Shown piece by piece: positions 28,547 to 37,950 of a stretch of DNA of 64,000 bases. Source of the stretch: Alphaproteobacteria bacterium (GTDB lineage: Bacteria; Pseudomonadota; Alphaproteobacteria; MPNO01); contig CBDFLJ010000002.1 in assembly GCA_965248835.1 (NCBI GenBank), positions 2,432,001 to 2,496,000 of the forward strand. The letters run 5' to 3'. The notes below the pieces were generated by a model, which was given only the letters and a program-made list of their open reading frames with translations, did no database searches and had not been told where the DNA came from. The position numbers and the translations under genes were made by a program. How positions within the stretch are numbered: position 1 is the stretch's first letter; each line of letters begins with the position of its first letter.

Positions 28547-29867
28547 CGCCGGCACGCGCGACGTGCAGGTCCGCCGAGCTCTGTGCGTCCATGTACTCGG
28601 CCCAGCGCTTGTAGAGCTGCCGCGGATTCTGTTCGGTGGTCACCGGCGCCTCGGTGACGACGCCCGGGATCAAGGCGCTCGGCCCGCCGGCCCCGAGCCC
28701 CGCCTTGTAGTGATACGGGAACCGCCGTGCGATCGTGCCTTGGCTCGCCGCCGAGGCGTAGTTCCAGTTCTCCATGTCGTCCTGCTCGGTCATCCCGGCC
28801 GGGCCGGAATAGCGCAGGTAATAGCGTCTCAGGAACCGCTTGACCTCCTCGGGCGCGTCCTTGTCGACGAAATAGACCCGCCAGAGCTCGGTGCGGTCGG
28901 CAGCGCGCGGATGGCCGACGATGATCGTGCGCGGCTGCTGGCCGTGCAGCGACATGTTGGGAAAGACAGTGCCGACGATCACGTTGATGCCGGCCTTCTC
29001 GCCCAGCCGCGCGACGCGCTGCCGCCATCGGTCTTTGTAGTAGGCCGCCGTAGCCGCCGAATCGGCATAGTCGGTCCTCTCCGCATCGATCGGTCCGACA
29101 CCGTAGGTGAAGCCGTGCCCCTCGTGGTGGCCGGCCAGAATCAGCCGTCCGGGGTCGTCCCGCCTGCCCTCGCCTTCGGTCGGGCCGATGCCGACCATGT
29201 CGACCGAGCGGTGGCTGACGACGTGCAGCGCATCGCCGGCGAAGTTCTCCGCCACGAACTTCCAGTTCGACGGGATGATCCATTTCTGGACCGCGCCGAG
29301 CAGTTCGGTCTCGCCGTCGCCGCCGTCCCAGGGCGCGAGTGCGAGGTCGAGCGCGAACCGCGCCTCGCCCAGATAGTCCTCGAAGGAGGGCGCGGCCGCA
29401 TCCCAGGTCGCCCAGATCGTGCCGCGGCAGGTCGCGAGCCCGGCCACCTCGACCAACCCCCAGTCCGCCTTGTCGAACGGCGGCCGGTAGGCGTTCTCGT
29501 AGTCCTGGACGCCGACCAGCGCGCCGTCGGTGCCGTAGCTCCATCCGTGGTAGGGGCAGACGAAGGTCCGCGTGTTGCCCTCGTCGTAGCGGCACACCCG
29601 CATGCCGCGGTGCCGGCAGGTGTTGAGGAAGACGTGCAGGGAGCCCGCGCGGTCGCGGGTGAGGATCACCGATTCCTCGCCCATCCGCGAGACGAAGAAA
29701 TCGCCCGGCGCGGCGACCTGGCTTTCGTGGCCGACATAGAGCCAGGCGCGCGCGAACAGGCGCTCCTGCTCCTGGCGGTAGATGTCCTGGTTGACGAAGA
29801 TCTCGCGGCTGATCTCGCCGCCGTCGAGGTCGATCAGGGCGCGGGCGGAGCCGCCGAGGCCGGTCAC
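28539..29867 (-). CDS. Aromatic ring-hydroxylating dioxygenase alpha subunit (HcaE/BphA-like)
   Basis: CRHRG, CPYHGW, NWK..AENF.GD..H...H and EQDD.ENW motifs. Confidence 0.93.
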   Translation of the reverse strand: MTGLGGSARALIDLDGGEISREIFVNQDIYRQEQERLFARAWLYVGHESQVAAPGDFFVSRMGEESVILTRDRAGSLHVFLNTCRHRGMRVCRYDEGNTRTFVCPYHGWSYGTDGALVGVQDYENAYRPPFDKADWGLVEVAGLATCRGTIWATWDAAAPSFEDYLGEARFALDLALAPWDGGDGETELLGAVQKWIIPSNWKFVAENFAGDALHVVSHRSVDMVGIGPTEGEGRRDDPGRLILAGHHEGHGFTYGVGPIDAERTDYADSAATAAYYKDRWRQRVARLGEKAGINVIVGTVFPNMSLHGQQPRTIIVGHPRAADRTELWRVYFVDKDAPEEVKRFLRRYYLRYSGPAGMTEQDDMENWNYASAASQGTIARRFPYHYKAGLGAGGPSALIPGVVTEAPVTTEQNPRQLYKRWAEYMDAQSSADLHVARAGDG

Positions 29868-30775
29868 GGCAGGATCTCGTCGAGGAGCTGTTGCGCGAGC
29901 GCCGCGCCCGGCGCCGGCAGGCCAAGCTCATGGGCGAGCTTGAGGCAGAGCCGGAGGTCCTTGTAGAACACCTCGCTCGCCTGCGGTGCCATCTTGAGCT
30001 TGGACCAACGCTCGGCGACCGCGCTTTGCGCCATCCCATCGCCGATGATTTTCTCCAGCATTTCGGCCGACAGCCCGGCCGCGCGCCCGAGGCGCATCCC
30101 TTCATGGGCGGCCATCAGATTGACGCTGATGATGAGCTGGTGGGCGAGCTTGGCGCGGATGCCGGTGCCGAGCCCGCCGGTATGGGTGATCTTGGGACCC
30201 GAAGTCTCGAAGATCGGCCTGCAGATCTCGAATGCGCGGTCGCTGCCGCCGACCATGTAGGACATCGTCCTGGTCCTGGCTCCTCGCTCGCTGCCGCTGA
30301 CCGGCGCATCGATCAGCTCGACCTCGCGCTCAGCCGCGGCCGCGGCCAGCCGTTCGATCGTCGCCGGCTCGACGGTGCTGTGGACGGCGATGATGGTGCC
30401 GGGCTTGGCGCCGGCAAGCACCCCGTCGGCAGCCAGCACGACGTCTTCGACCTGGGCGTCGTCCAGCACGCAGATCTCGACGACCTCGCCATGCGCGCCG
30501 ACCTCGCGGTTGGAGCGGGCGATCCGCGCGCCCGCCTTCGCCAGCGCATCCAGCGGTTCGGACCGGCACTGCCCAAGGACGTCGTAGACCATCAGGTCGT
30601 GATCCGACTGGGCGAGGTTGACGGCCAGGTACTTGCCCTGAGTCCCCAACCCGACGTGCCCCGCTTCGAGGTGCTGCCAAAGCGTTGGATTGTAATCAGC
30701 CGCAACAGGCGCCTCGCTCGCGACTTCCGTCACCTTCACTTTCTGAGTCCCCAACCCGATAAACCCGGCCTTCAT
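29864..30775 (-). CDS. 3-hydroxyisobutyrate dehydrogenase family oxidoreductase with a 35-aa in-frame insertion
   Basis: MKAGFIGLGTQ...GLGTQG, HST, DAPVSG and AKL motifs. Confidence 0.85.
   Translation of the reverse strand: MKAGFIGLGTQKVKVTEVASEAPVAADYNPTLWQHLEAGHVGLGTQGKYLAVNLAQSDHDLMVYDVLGQCRSEPLDALAKAGARIARSNREVGAHGEVVEICVLDDAQVEDVVLAADGVLAGAKPGTIIAVHSTVEPATIERLAAAAAEREVELIDAPVSGSERGARTRTMSYMVGGSDRAFEICRPIFETSGPKITHTGGLGTGIRAKLAHQLIISVNLMAAHEGMRLGRAAGLSAEMLEKIIGDGMAQSAVAERWSKLKMAPQASEVFYKDLRLCLKLAHELGLPAPGAALAQQLLDEILP
30638..30759. repeat. 17-bp perfect direct repeat, 105-bp period
   Basis: CTGAGTCCCCAACCCGA at 30638-30654 and 30743-30759. Confidence 0.92.
30655..30742 (+). mobile_element. 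IS5-family transposase fossil
   Basis: Plus strand reads VPRFEVLPKRWIV|ISRNRRLARDF, i.e. the IS5 motif F.VLPKRWIVERTFAW..R.RRLARD with ERTFAW deleted. Confidence 0.8.
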
Positions 30776-30794
30776 CGGTACCGTCCTTTCCAGC

Positions 30795-33170
30795 TCATCC
30801 CGCCGGCCGAGCCGGCGCGCGTGCGTGTTCCACCGCCTCGACGATCCATGCAGGCGAGACCGGCGTGTGGTTGACCTTGATCCCGAACGGCGACAGCGCG
30901 TCAGTGAGCGCGTTGGCGATTGCGGCCGGCGGGTTGACGGCGCCGCCCTCGCCCATGCCCTTGAAGCCACCGAGGCTGTCGGGCGAGGGGCTCTGGAGGT
31001 GGTGTACCTCGATCCGCGGGACGTTGCAGGCCAGCGGCGCCAGGTAGTCGGCGAAGGTCACCGCAACCGGGTGCCCGTCCTCGTCATAGGCGGCATGCTC
31101 GAGCAGCGCCTGGCCGATACCCTGGGCGATGCCGCCGTGCAACTGGCCTTCGACGATCATCGGGTTGACCACCGTCCCGCAGTCTTCGATCACCACGTAG
31201 CGCAGGATGGCGACCGCGCCGGTGCGGATGTCGACCTCGACGACGACGGCGTGAAGCGAATTGGAGAAGCTGCCCGGATCGGGCGCGCGGTAGCGTCTGG
31301 TCGCCTCCAGCCCGGGGTCGATGTGTGCGGGCAGCTGGTTCGCCCGGTGATTGGCGATGCGGGCGATTTCTTCAAGCGTCATGGCGTGCGCGGGATTGTC
31401 GGCGACGACGATGCCGTCGCGGTAGCTCAGCCCGGCCGGATCGACCTGCAGCTTGTGCGCAGCGATCGCGATCGCCTTGTCGATGATGTCGCGGCTGGCG
31501 AGGATCGCCGCGCCGCCGCCGTAGACCAGGCTCCGGCTCGCCCATGTTCCCAGCCCGTAAGGCGCGACCGCGGTGTCGCCGAACCGCACCTTGACCCGGT
31601 CAAACGGCACGCCGAACTCATCGGCGACGACCTGGGCGAAGGTGGTCTCATGCCCCTGGCCCTGGCTGTGGGTGCCGAGGATCGCGGTGATCGCGCCGTC
31701 GGGCTCGAGCCGCACGCAGGCCGTCTCGAGCCCGAGCACCATTTCGATGCCCTTGCGCGAGACCTCATCCGGCCCGAGCGCCGAATGCTCGACGATCGCG
31801 GCGAACCCGACTCCGCGATAGGTGCCGCCGGCACGCAGCGCGGCATGTTCCCGCCGCAGGTCGGACAGGCCCAGGATCCTTTCCATCTCGTCCAGCGCTT
31901 CGGCCGAGCTGCCGCTCTCGAAGCGCAGGCCGGCCGGCGTCTGGTGAGGGTAGCTGCGCACCACGTTGCGCCGGCGCACCTCCAGCGGGTCGAGCCCCAG
32001 CCGGTCGGCGATTTCATCGATCGTCCGCTCGATCGCGAAGCAGGCTGCGACCCGGCCGACGCCGCGATAGGGGCCCATCGGCGCTTTGTTGGTCGCCACT
32101 GCGTAGACGTCGCGCTCGTAGTTGCCGATGTCGTAGGGGCCGGTGACGTTCTCCGAGGCCTGGCCGGAATCGAGGCCGGCTGACATCGGCCAGATCGGGA
32201 AGGCGCCGTTGCTCGCCTTGATGCGCACGCGCACGGCCTGGATGCGCCCGGCATCATCGACAGCGGCCTGGATGCGGTGGACCTGTTCGCGGCCTTGCAT
32301 CGATGCCAGGAGATCCTCGCGCCGGTCGCAAGTCCACATCACCGGACGGCCGACAAGGCGCGAAGCGGCGCAGGTCGCGAGATCCTCCGGGTAGACGGTC
32401 AGCTTGCTGCCGAACCCGCCGCCGACATCGGGAGAGATCACCCGGATGCACGATTCGGCGATGCCGAGGAATTCCGCAACACCGGTGCGGAACAGGTGCG
32501 GCGCCTGGTGCGAGGCCCACACCACGAGTTCGCCGTAGAGCGAGTCCCATTCGGCCAGGATCACCCGCGTCTCCAGCGGCACCTGAGCGCAACGGCTGTT
32601 GCGGATCTCCAGTGCGATGACGTCGTCGGCGTGTGCGAACGCGCCCTCGACATCGCCGGCGACAAGATGGAAATGATTGAACAGGTTGTCGGGCACCGAG
32701 GCGTGGATCGTAGGCGTGCCGGGATCCGAGGCGCGGTCGACATCGAGCACCGGCGGCAGACGCTCGTAGTCGGCGGCGATCGCATCGACCCCGTCCTCGG
32801 CATCGTAGCGCGTCGCGGCGACCACCGCGGCGACGGGCTGTCCGACGAAGCACACCTTCTCACGCGCGAGGATCGGGTGATCGCAGCCCTGATAACCGGG
32901 TAACGTGACCTCGACCCTGATGGGCCGGACGATATCCTGCAGGTCGTCTGCGGTCAGCACGGCAATGACGCCGGGGACCGCGCGCGCCGCCTCGGTCCGG
33001 AGCGCGCGGATGTTCGCATGCGGCACGTCGCTGCGGAAGAACGCGACATGCAGCATGCCTTTCCGGTCGACGTCGCCGACATACTGGCCCCTGCCGCGCA
33101 GGAACTTGGGGTCTTCGCGCCGGCGGATCCGGGCGCCGACCAGCCTGTTGGTCCCGCTTGGGGTGCTCAC
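30795..33170 (-). CDS. Xanthine dehydrogenase family molybdopterin-binding subunit
   Basis: RRED..LRG.G.Y, DVGGGFGSK, PYRGVGR, GQGHET and GFKGMGE motifs. Confidence 0.92.
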   Translation of the reverse strand: MSTPSGTNRLVGARIRRREDPKFLRGRGQYVGDVDRKGMLHVAFFRSDVPHANIRALRTEAARAVPGVIAVLTADDLQDIVRPIRVEVTLPGYQGCDHPILAREKVCFVGQPVAAVVAATRYDAEDGVDAIAADYERLPPVLDVDRASDPGTPTIHASVPDNLFNHFHLVAGDVEGAFAHADDVIALEIRNSRCAQVPLETRVILAEWDSLYGELVVWASHQAPHLFRTGVAEFLGIAESCIRVISPDVGGGFGSKLTVYPEDLATCAASRLVGRPVMWTCDRREDLLASMQGREQVHRIQAAVDDAGRIQAVRVRIKASNGAFPIWPMSAGLDSGQASENVTGPYDIGNYERDVYAVATNKAPMGPYRGVGRVAACFAIERTIDEIADRLGLDPLEVRRRNVVRSYPHQTPAGLRFESGSSAEALDEMERILGLSDLRREHAALRAGGTYRGVGFAAIVEHSALGPDEVSRKGIEMVLGLETACVRLEPDGAITAILGTHSQGQGHETTFAQVVADEFGVPFDRVKVRFGDTAVAPYGLGTWASRSLVYGGGAAILASRDIIDKAIAIAAHKLQVDPAGLSYRDGIVVADNPAHAMTLEEIARIANHRANQLPAHIDPGLEATRRYRAPDPGSFSNSLHAVVVEVDIRTGAVAILRYVVIEDCGTVVNPMIVEGQLHGGIAQGIGQALLEHAAYDEDGHPVAVTFADYLAPLACNVPRIEVHHLQSPSPDSLGGFKGMGEGGAVNPPAAIANALTDALSPFGIKVNHTPVSPAWIVEAVEHARAPARPAG

Positions 33171-33292
33171 GACGGCTCCGCCGGCGCGGTATCGACGATG
33201 AACCGACAGCCGGCGCGGGCATCGCGCCGTCCGTTGACGACGACGCCAATGCTCGGCGATCGACGGCCTTCGAGGTCCATATCGGGCTGCAC
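33167..33292 (-). pseudogene. Collapsed CoxS-like (2Fe-2S) small subunit remnant (41 aa)
   Basis: VQPDMDLEGRRSPSIGVVVNGRRDARAGCRFIVDTAPAEPS*; N-terminal xVNG and C-terminal G..(F)IVD pieces; GGAGG RBS; GTGA overlap with the large subunit. Confidence 0.55.
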
Positions 33293-33306
33293 CAAAACCG
33301 CCCCTC

Positions 33307-34224
33307 CTAGCTTGCCGATCCGGCGGCGCCGAGATTGCGCCCCAGCGCCCGCGGCATCTTCGCTAAGCGCGCGCCGGCGATCAACATGATCAACACCACA
33401 AGCCAGGGAATCATGGCGAGGATCTGGATCGGAAAATCGACCTGCCCGCCGAGCCGCAGCCGCAGCGCATCCGATAGGCCGATCGCGGCGGCTGCAAGCA
33501 CGGTCCAGCCGACGCTCCAGCGCCCCAGGATGACGATGGCGATCGCGACGAACCCCCGTCCGCCGGTCACGCCGGGGCTGAACGAGCCGAGAGCGCCGAC
33601 CGTCAGCGCCGCACCGCCCAGGCCCGCCAGCGCACCGCTCGCCACCGTCGCCCAGGTCCGCACCCAATCGACGGCGATGCCCTTCGACAGGGCGACTTCG
33701 GGGTCGTGTCCGCAGGCGGTGACCGAGAGCCCGAACCGCGTCTTGTGCATCCATACCCATACCAGGAAGCACAACAGCGCTGCGGCGTAGTAGAAGCCGT
33801 TCTGGGCGAACAGAGCGCCGCCGATGACCGGTATGTCGCTCAGGCCGGGGATCGCCAGCCGGTCGAGCGCGGGGGTGACGACGAGGGTGGTGGTGTGCTG
33901 CTGGTAGAGAAAGGCCACCAGCCCCGGTACCGTGATGAACAGGGCGAACCCGACCAGGATCTGGTTGACCCGTCCCCAGATCGCGACGCCGGCCATGACG
34001 CCGGAGACCGCCATGCCCGCGGCCATCGCGGCGAGCGCGGCAAGCCAGGGATCGCCGATACCGGCCATCGCCACGAACCCGGCATATGCGCCGGCGGCCA
34101 TCTTGCCTTCGAGCCCGATGTTGATCACCCCGGCACGCTCGGCGATCAATTCACCCAGCGCCACCAGCAGCAGCGGAACGGTGAGCCGGATGCCGGCTTC
34201 CAGCATGGAGTCCAGGAACATCAT
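33307..34224 (-). CDS. ABC permease (nucleoside/BMP-type)
   Basis: ERAGVINIGLEG and GRGFVAIA motifs. Confidence 0.9.
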   Translation of the reverse strand: MMFLDSMLEAGIRLTVPLLLVALGELIAERAGVINIGLEGKMAAGAYAGFVAMAGIGDPWLAALAAMAAGMAVSGVMAGVAIWGRVNQILVGFALFITVPGLVAFLYQQHTTTLVVTPALDRLAIPGLSDIPVIGGALFAQNGFYYAAALLCFLVWVWMHKTRFGLSVTACGHDPEVALSKGIAVDWVRTWATVASGALAGLGGAALTVGALGSFSPGVTGGRGFVAIAIVILGRWSVGWTVLAAAAIGLSDALRLRLGGQVDFPIQILAMIPWLVVLIMLIAGARLAKMPRALGRNLGAAGSAS

Positions 34225-35267
34225 CTCTGGCGGCTCGCCCTGGTGAACCGTCCGGTGCGCGCGGCCAGCAAAAGCAGGATCAGCCCGACCAGCGCGCTGA
34301 TGATCTCCGGTGAGATGTCGGCACCGATCTGCAGCGAATCACCGCCGCGCAGCAGCGCCGCGAACACCAGGCCCGCGAGGAAGATGCCCAAGGGATGGAG
34401 CGCGCCGAGCAGCGCGGTGAACAGGCCCATGTATCCGATCGGATCGGCGACGGTGTCGTAGAGCCGATAGTCCACCCCCGCAACCTGCATCCAGCCGGCG
34501 AGCCCGGCCGCGACACCGGCCGCGCCCATGGTCCAGACGATCAGCCGGGGGCCCCGGATGCCGGCCTGGCGGGCGAGGCTGGGGCCGGCGCCAAACAGCC
34601 GCAACCGGTAACCGAGCGGGCTGCGCTGCACCAGCCATAAGCCGATCAGGGCGAGCAGGACGACATACAGACCGCCATGGGCACGGGTGCCCTCGATCAG
34701 GATCGGCAGCAGCGCCTCCTTCGGCAGCGGGTCGGATTGGGCAATGTTGGAACGGTAGCCGTGCAGCGGCCCGGTCAACAGGTATTGCAGGAGGTAGAGG
34801 GCGAAGAAATTGAAGACCAGGGTCGAAAGGATCTCGTTGACCTGCAGGTAGGCGCGCAGCAGCCCGGGGCCGAGCGACCAGAGAGCGCCGCCGATGGCCG
34901 CCGCAAGGAAGGCCGCGGGAATGATGACGGCCGGCGATGCGCCGGCGAGCGCGAAGCCGGTCAGCGTCGCGAACAGCGCCCCGATGCCGATCTGGCCCGG
35001 CGCGCCGATATTGAACAACCCGATCCGCAACGACGGAACCAGCCCGACCGCGATCAGGGTCACCGGCGCGAACCGGATCAAGGTCTCGCCGAAGCTGACC
35101 CAGCTCCCGAACGCGCCCCGATACATCGCCCGGAAGGCGACCAGCGGGTCTGCGTTGCCGATCGCGAACAGCCCGGCGGCGGCCAGGACGATCGCGGCCG
35201 CCGCCACGGCCAGACCCAGTGCCGGGCGCAGCATCGGGGATGAGGTCGACAATCCGGGCGCGGTCAT
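34221..35267 (-). CDS. ABC permease (nucleoside/BMP-type)
   Basis: GLFNIG..GQ, NEILST and ALLG..HPLG motifs. Confidence 0.9.
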   Translation of the reverse strand: MTAPGLSTSSPMLRPALGLAVAAAAIVLAAAGLFAIGNADPLVAFRAMYRGAFGSWVSFGETLIRFAPVTLIAVGLVPSLRIGLFNIGAPGQIGIGALFATLTGFALAGASPAVIIPAAFLAAAIGGALWSLGPGLLRAYLQVNEILSTLVFNFFALYLLQYLLTGPLHGYRSNIAQSDPLPKEALLPILIEGTRAHGGLYVVLLALIGLWLVQRSPLGYRLRLFGAGPSLARQAGIRGPRLIVWTMGAAGVAAGLAGWMQVAGVDYRLYDTVADPIGYMGLFTALLGALHPLGIFLAGLVFAALLRGGDSLQIGADISPEIISALVGLILLLLAARTGRFTRASRQR

Positions 35268-35269
35268 CC

Positions 35270-36766
35270 TCAGGCGCCTCCGAGCAGCGCCCCGATCTCA
35301 CGCGCCGTTGCCGTCCGCGGATCGACGCTGCCGACAAAAGCGCCATCGGACAGGACCAGAATACGGTCCGCGATGTCGAACAGATCCTCCAGGTCCGGGC
35401 TGATCAGGACAATGGCGGTGCCCCGATCACGTGCCTCCAGCAGCCGGCGGCGGACATCGCTGGATGCGCTGACATCCAGCCCGCGATAGGGGTTGTGCGC
35501 CACGACCAGCGCCGGGGCACGCGCGATCTCGCGGGCAAGCACGAGCTTCTGCTGGTTGCCGCCCGAAAGCGCCGAGACGGGGGTTTCGAAGGCGGGCGTC
35601 TGGACCGAGCCGGCAGCGACGATCTCGGAGACGAAATGATCGACTTCAGCGGCGCGCAGCCGGCCGCCGCGCCGAAGCTCCGGCGCACGATGGCGATGGA
35701 CGATCGCGTTGTCGGACAGGCTCAGCGTCATCGCCAGCGCATCGCGGGCCCGGTCCTCCGGGATGTAGGCGACTACGTCGGGGCGCAAATCGACCGCTCC
35801 GGCGGTCGGCTCGGCCAGTCCGCACAGCAGTTCCGCCAACGCCTCCTGACCGTTGCCGGTGACGCCGGCAACGCCGACGATCTCATGGGCGTGTACCGCG
35901 AGATCGATGTCGCGCAGTCCGCAGCGCGTGCCCGCGGACGGGGTCGAGATGCCGCGCGCCGACAGCACGACCGCCCCGGGAGGCCGGCGCGAGACCGCGA
36001 CGCTCTCCGGCAGGTCTCCGACCATCGCCTCGGTAAGAACATCGGTTTCGATCTCGGTGCGCTCGAATTCGGCGACCACCCGGCCCCGGCGCATGACCGT
36101 CACCCGATCGGCGAATGCCATGACCTCGGCCAGCTTGTGGGTGATGTAGACGACGGATTTGCCGCGGCCGGAAAGCGTACGGAGCAGCCCTTCGAGCACC
36201 GCGACATCGTCGCTGCCGAGCGCGGCGGTCGGTTCGTCGAGGATCAGCACGTCGGCCCCGGTGACCAGCGCGATCAGGATCTCCAGGCGCTGGCGCCCGC
36301 CCATCGTCAAGGCCGCGGCCGGTCGGTCGACATCGACCGCGAGCGCGAATGCCTCCGCGGCGCGTGTCAGCTCCGCACGGGCGCGGGCGCGCGGCAGCCA
36401 GGCGCGCAGCGCAGGATGACCCAGCAGATAGTTTTCGGTCCCGGTGAGCTCTCCGACCAGGCCGAAATGCTGCTGCACGAGCCCGACGCCATGGCGGGCG
36501 CCGTCCATCCGCCCGCGCAGCGCGACCACCTCGCCGCCGATCTCGATAGTCCCGGCATCGGGCCGCAGGATCCCCGCGAGGATCCGCATCAAGGTCGTCT
36601 TGCCGGCCCCGTTTTCTCCGAGCAGCGCCTGGATCTCGCCCGCGCGAAGCGTGAGATCGGCCCCGCGGACGGCGCGCGTGGCAGCGAAGGATTTGTCGAT
36701 GCCGCGCAGACGCGCACGGACGAGGCCGCCTGCGCCGCCGCTCGTCCGAAGGGGGCCTCGCCCCAT
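35270..36766 (-). CDS. ABC ATP-binding protein, two ATPase domains
   Basis: GENGAGKT, LILDEPT and LSGGNQQK motifs; start uncertain. Confidence 0.9.
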   Translation of the reverse strand: MGRGPLRTSGGAGGLVRARLRGIDKSFAATRAVRGADLTLRAGEIQALLGENGAGKTTLMRILAGILRPDAGTIEIGGEVVALRGRMDGARHGVGLVQQHFGLVGELTGTENYLLGHPALRAWLPRARARAELTRAAEAFALAVDVDRPAAALTMGGRQRLEILIALVTGADVLILDEPTAALGSDDVAVLEGLLRTLSGRGKSVVYITHKLAEVMAFADRVTVMRRGRVVAEFERTEIETDVLTEAMVGDLPESVAVSRRPPGAVVLSARGISTPSAGTRCGLRDIDLAVHAHEIVGVAGVTGNGQEALAELLCGLAEPTAGAVDLRPDVVAYIPEDRARDALAMTLSLSDNAIVHRHRAPELRRGGRLRAAEVDHFVSEIVAAGSVQTPAFETPVSALSGGNQQKLVLAREIARAPALVVAHNPYRGLDVSASSDVRRRLLEARDRGTAIVLISPDLEDLFDIADRILVLSDGAFVGSVDPRTATAREIGALLGGA

Positions 36767-36790
36767 GTCCCCGACGCTCCGGACTCTATT

Positions 36791-37801
36791 TCAGGGGCAG
36801 CAGGGATGCGCCTTGCTCTTGGGCAAGAAGATCTTGCCTTGCTTGAGATCGGCGACGACCTGCAGGTAGCCCGCCTGCAGATCGGCCGGCACGATCCTGG
36901 CCGACGGTCCTTCGAACGGCTGCGGGACCAGCCCGCCGTTCTGGAAGGTGGCATTGAAGGTGGTCGCCGACAGCTTGCCCGTCCGCGCCTGGCCGACGAA
37001 GGCCTTGAGCATCACCGTCCAGTCGACCACGGCCGATGCCGCAGCATGGTTGGGTGAATAGCGGCGCGCGTCGCTGGCCCATCCGGCGCAGGGGATGCCG
37101 GCCTGCTCGCAAAGCTGGAAGCCGCCCAGCGAGTCCTGGGTCGCCGAGGCGGGGAACAGGACATCGGCGCCGCGGTCGACGACGCCCTGAGCCTGCTCGC
37201 GGGTCGCCTGCTGGTCGACGAAGCTGTTGCTGTAGGCCGCCAGCACCTGGGCATCGCCGCGGGCGGCCTTGGCACCGAGCGCGCAGCCGATTTGGAGCTC
37301 GGTCGCGTAGGGGATGGGCATCGCGCCGACAAAGCCGATCTTTCCGGACTTCGACAGCTTGGCCAGCAGCCAGCAGTTGGAATAGCCGATCTGCAGATAG
37401 CTCGCGGTCGCGATCGTGAGGTTCGGCTGGACCGGCGGATCGAAGCTGCTCACCGACATCGGCACCGATTTGAACGCGCCGGCGAGCTTGTGGGCGAGAT
37501 CGTTCAGGGCGAAGCTGTGCATCACCAGGACCGTGTGGCCGTCGGCGAGCAACTGGCGGGCGATCGGTTCCGCCGAGGTCGGATCGAAAGCCTTGAAGGA
37601 CTGCGAGAACGAGACCGCCTTGTCCTGTTGCTTGAGCTTGGCCGCGGAATCGAAGATCGCAGCGCTCCAGGGCTGCTCGGCCGGGCGCGCCTCCATGATC
37701 AGCCCGATCTTGACCGGTTGCGCACTTGCCGCGTGCGCCAACCCGATGCCGACAATCGCCAGCGCGATCGTCAAGCCCTTCAACCGGCTTGCATTCATCA
37801 T
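36791..37801 (-). CDS. BMP family ABC substrate-binding protein
   Basis: Signal peptide; SKSGKIGFVGAMPIP and GADV motifs; GAGG RBS; operon context. Confidence 0.85.
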   Translation of the reverse strand: MMNASRLKGLTIALAIVGIGLAHAASAQPVKIGLIMEARPAEQPWSAAIFDSAAKLKQQDKAVSFSQSFKAFDPTSAEPIARQLLADGHTVLVMHSFALNDLAHKLAGAFKSVPMSVSSFDPPVQPNLTIATASYLQIGYSNCWLLAKLSKSGKIGFVGAMPIPYATELQIGCALGAKAARGDAQVLAAYSNSFVDQQATREQAQGVVDRGADVLFPASATQDSLGGFQLCEQAGIPCAGWASDARRYSPNHAAASAVVDWTVMLKAFVGQARTGKLSATTFNATFQNGGLVPQPFEGPSARIVPADLQAGYLQVVADLKQGKIFLPKSKAHPCCP

Positions 37802-37950
37802 GTCTTCCTCCCTGATCGGCGGCTGCGGCGCGGCGCGCCGTCGTCCGCCCGTGGGCTCGTTCGAGCCTGTCTCGCGTCGATTATGTGAACTGGGTTTTCG
37901 GCACACAAGAGTCCATCCCGCTGCGCGCGACGCAGCGGCTGCGGCGGCGA

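Noticed and set aside
19306-33170. Aerobic CO dehydrogenase call for either Mo subunit
   Set aside because: Neither has the form I AYxCSFR motif and no cox accessory genes are present
36766-36805. The BMP protein ends HPCCP-TGA in frame with the following ATPase ATG, formally a CxxU motif
   Set aside because: Readthrough would fuse an exported binding protein to a cytoplasmic ATPase; I see no convincing hairpin, and an in-frame neighbour occurs one time in three by chance
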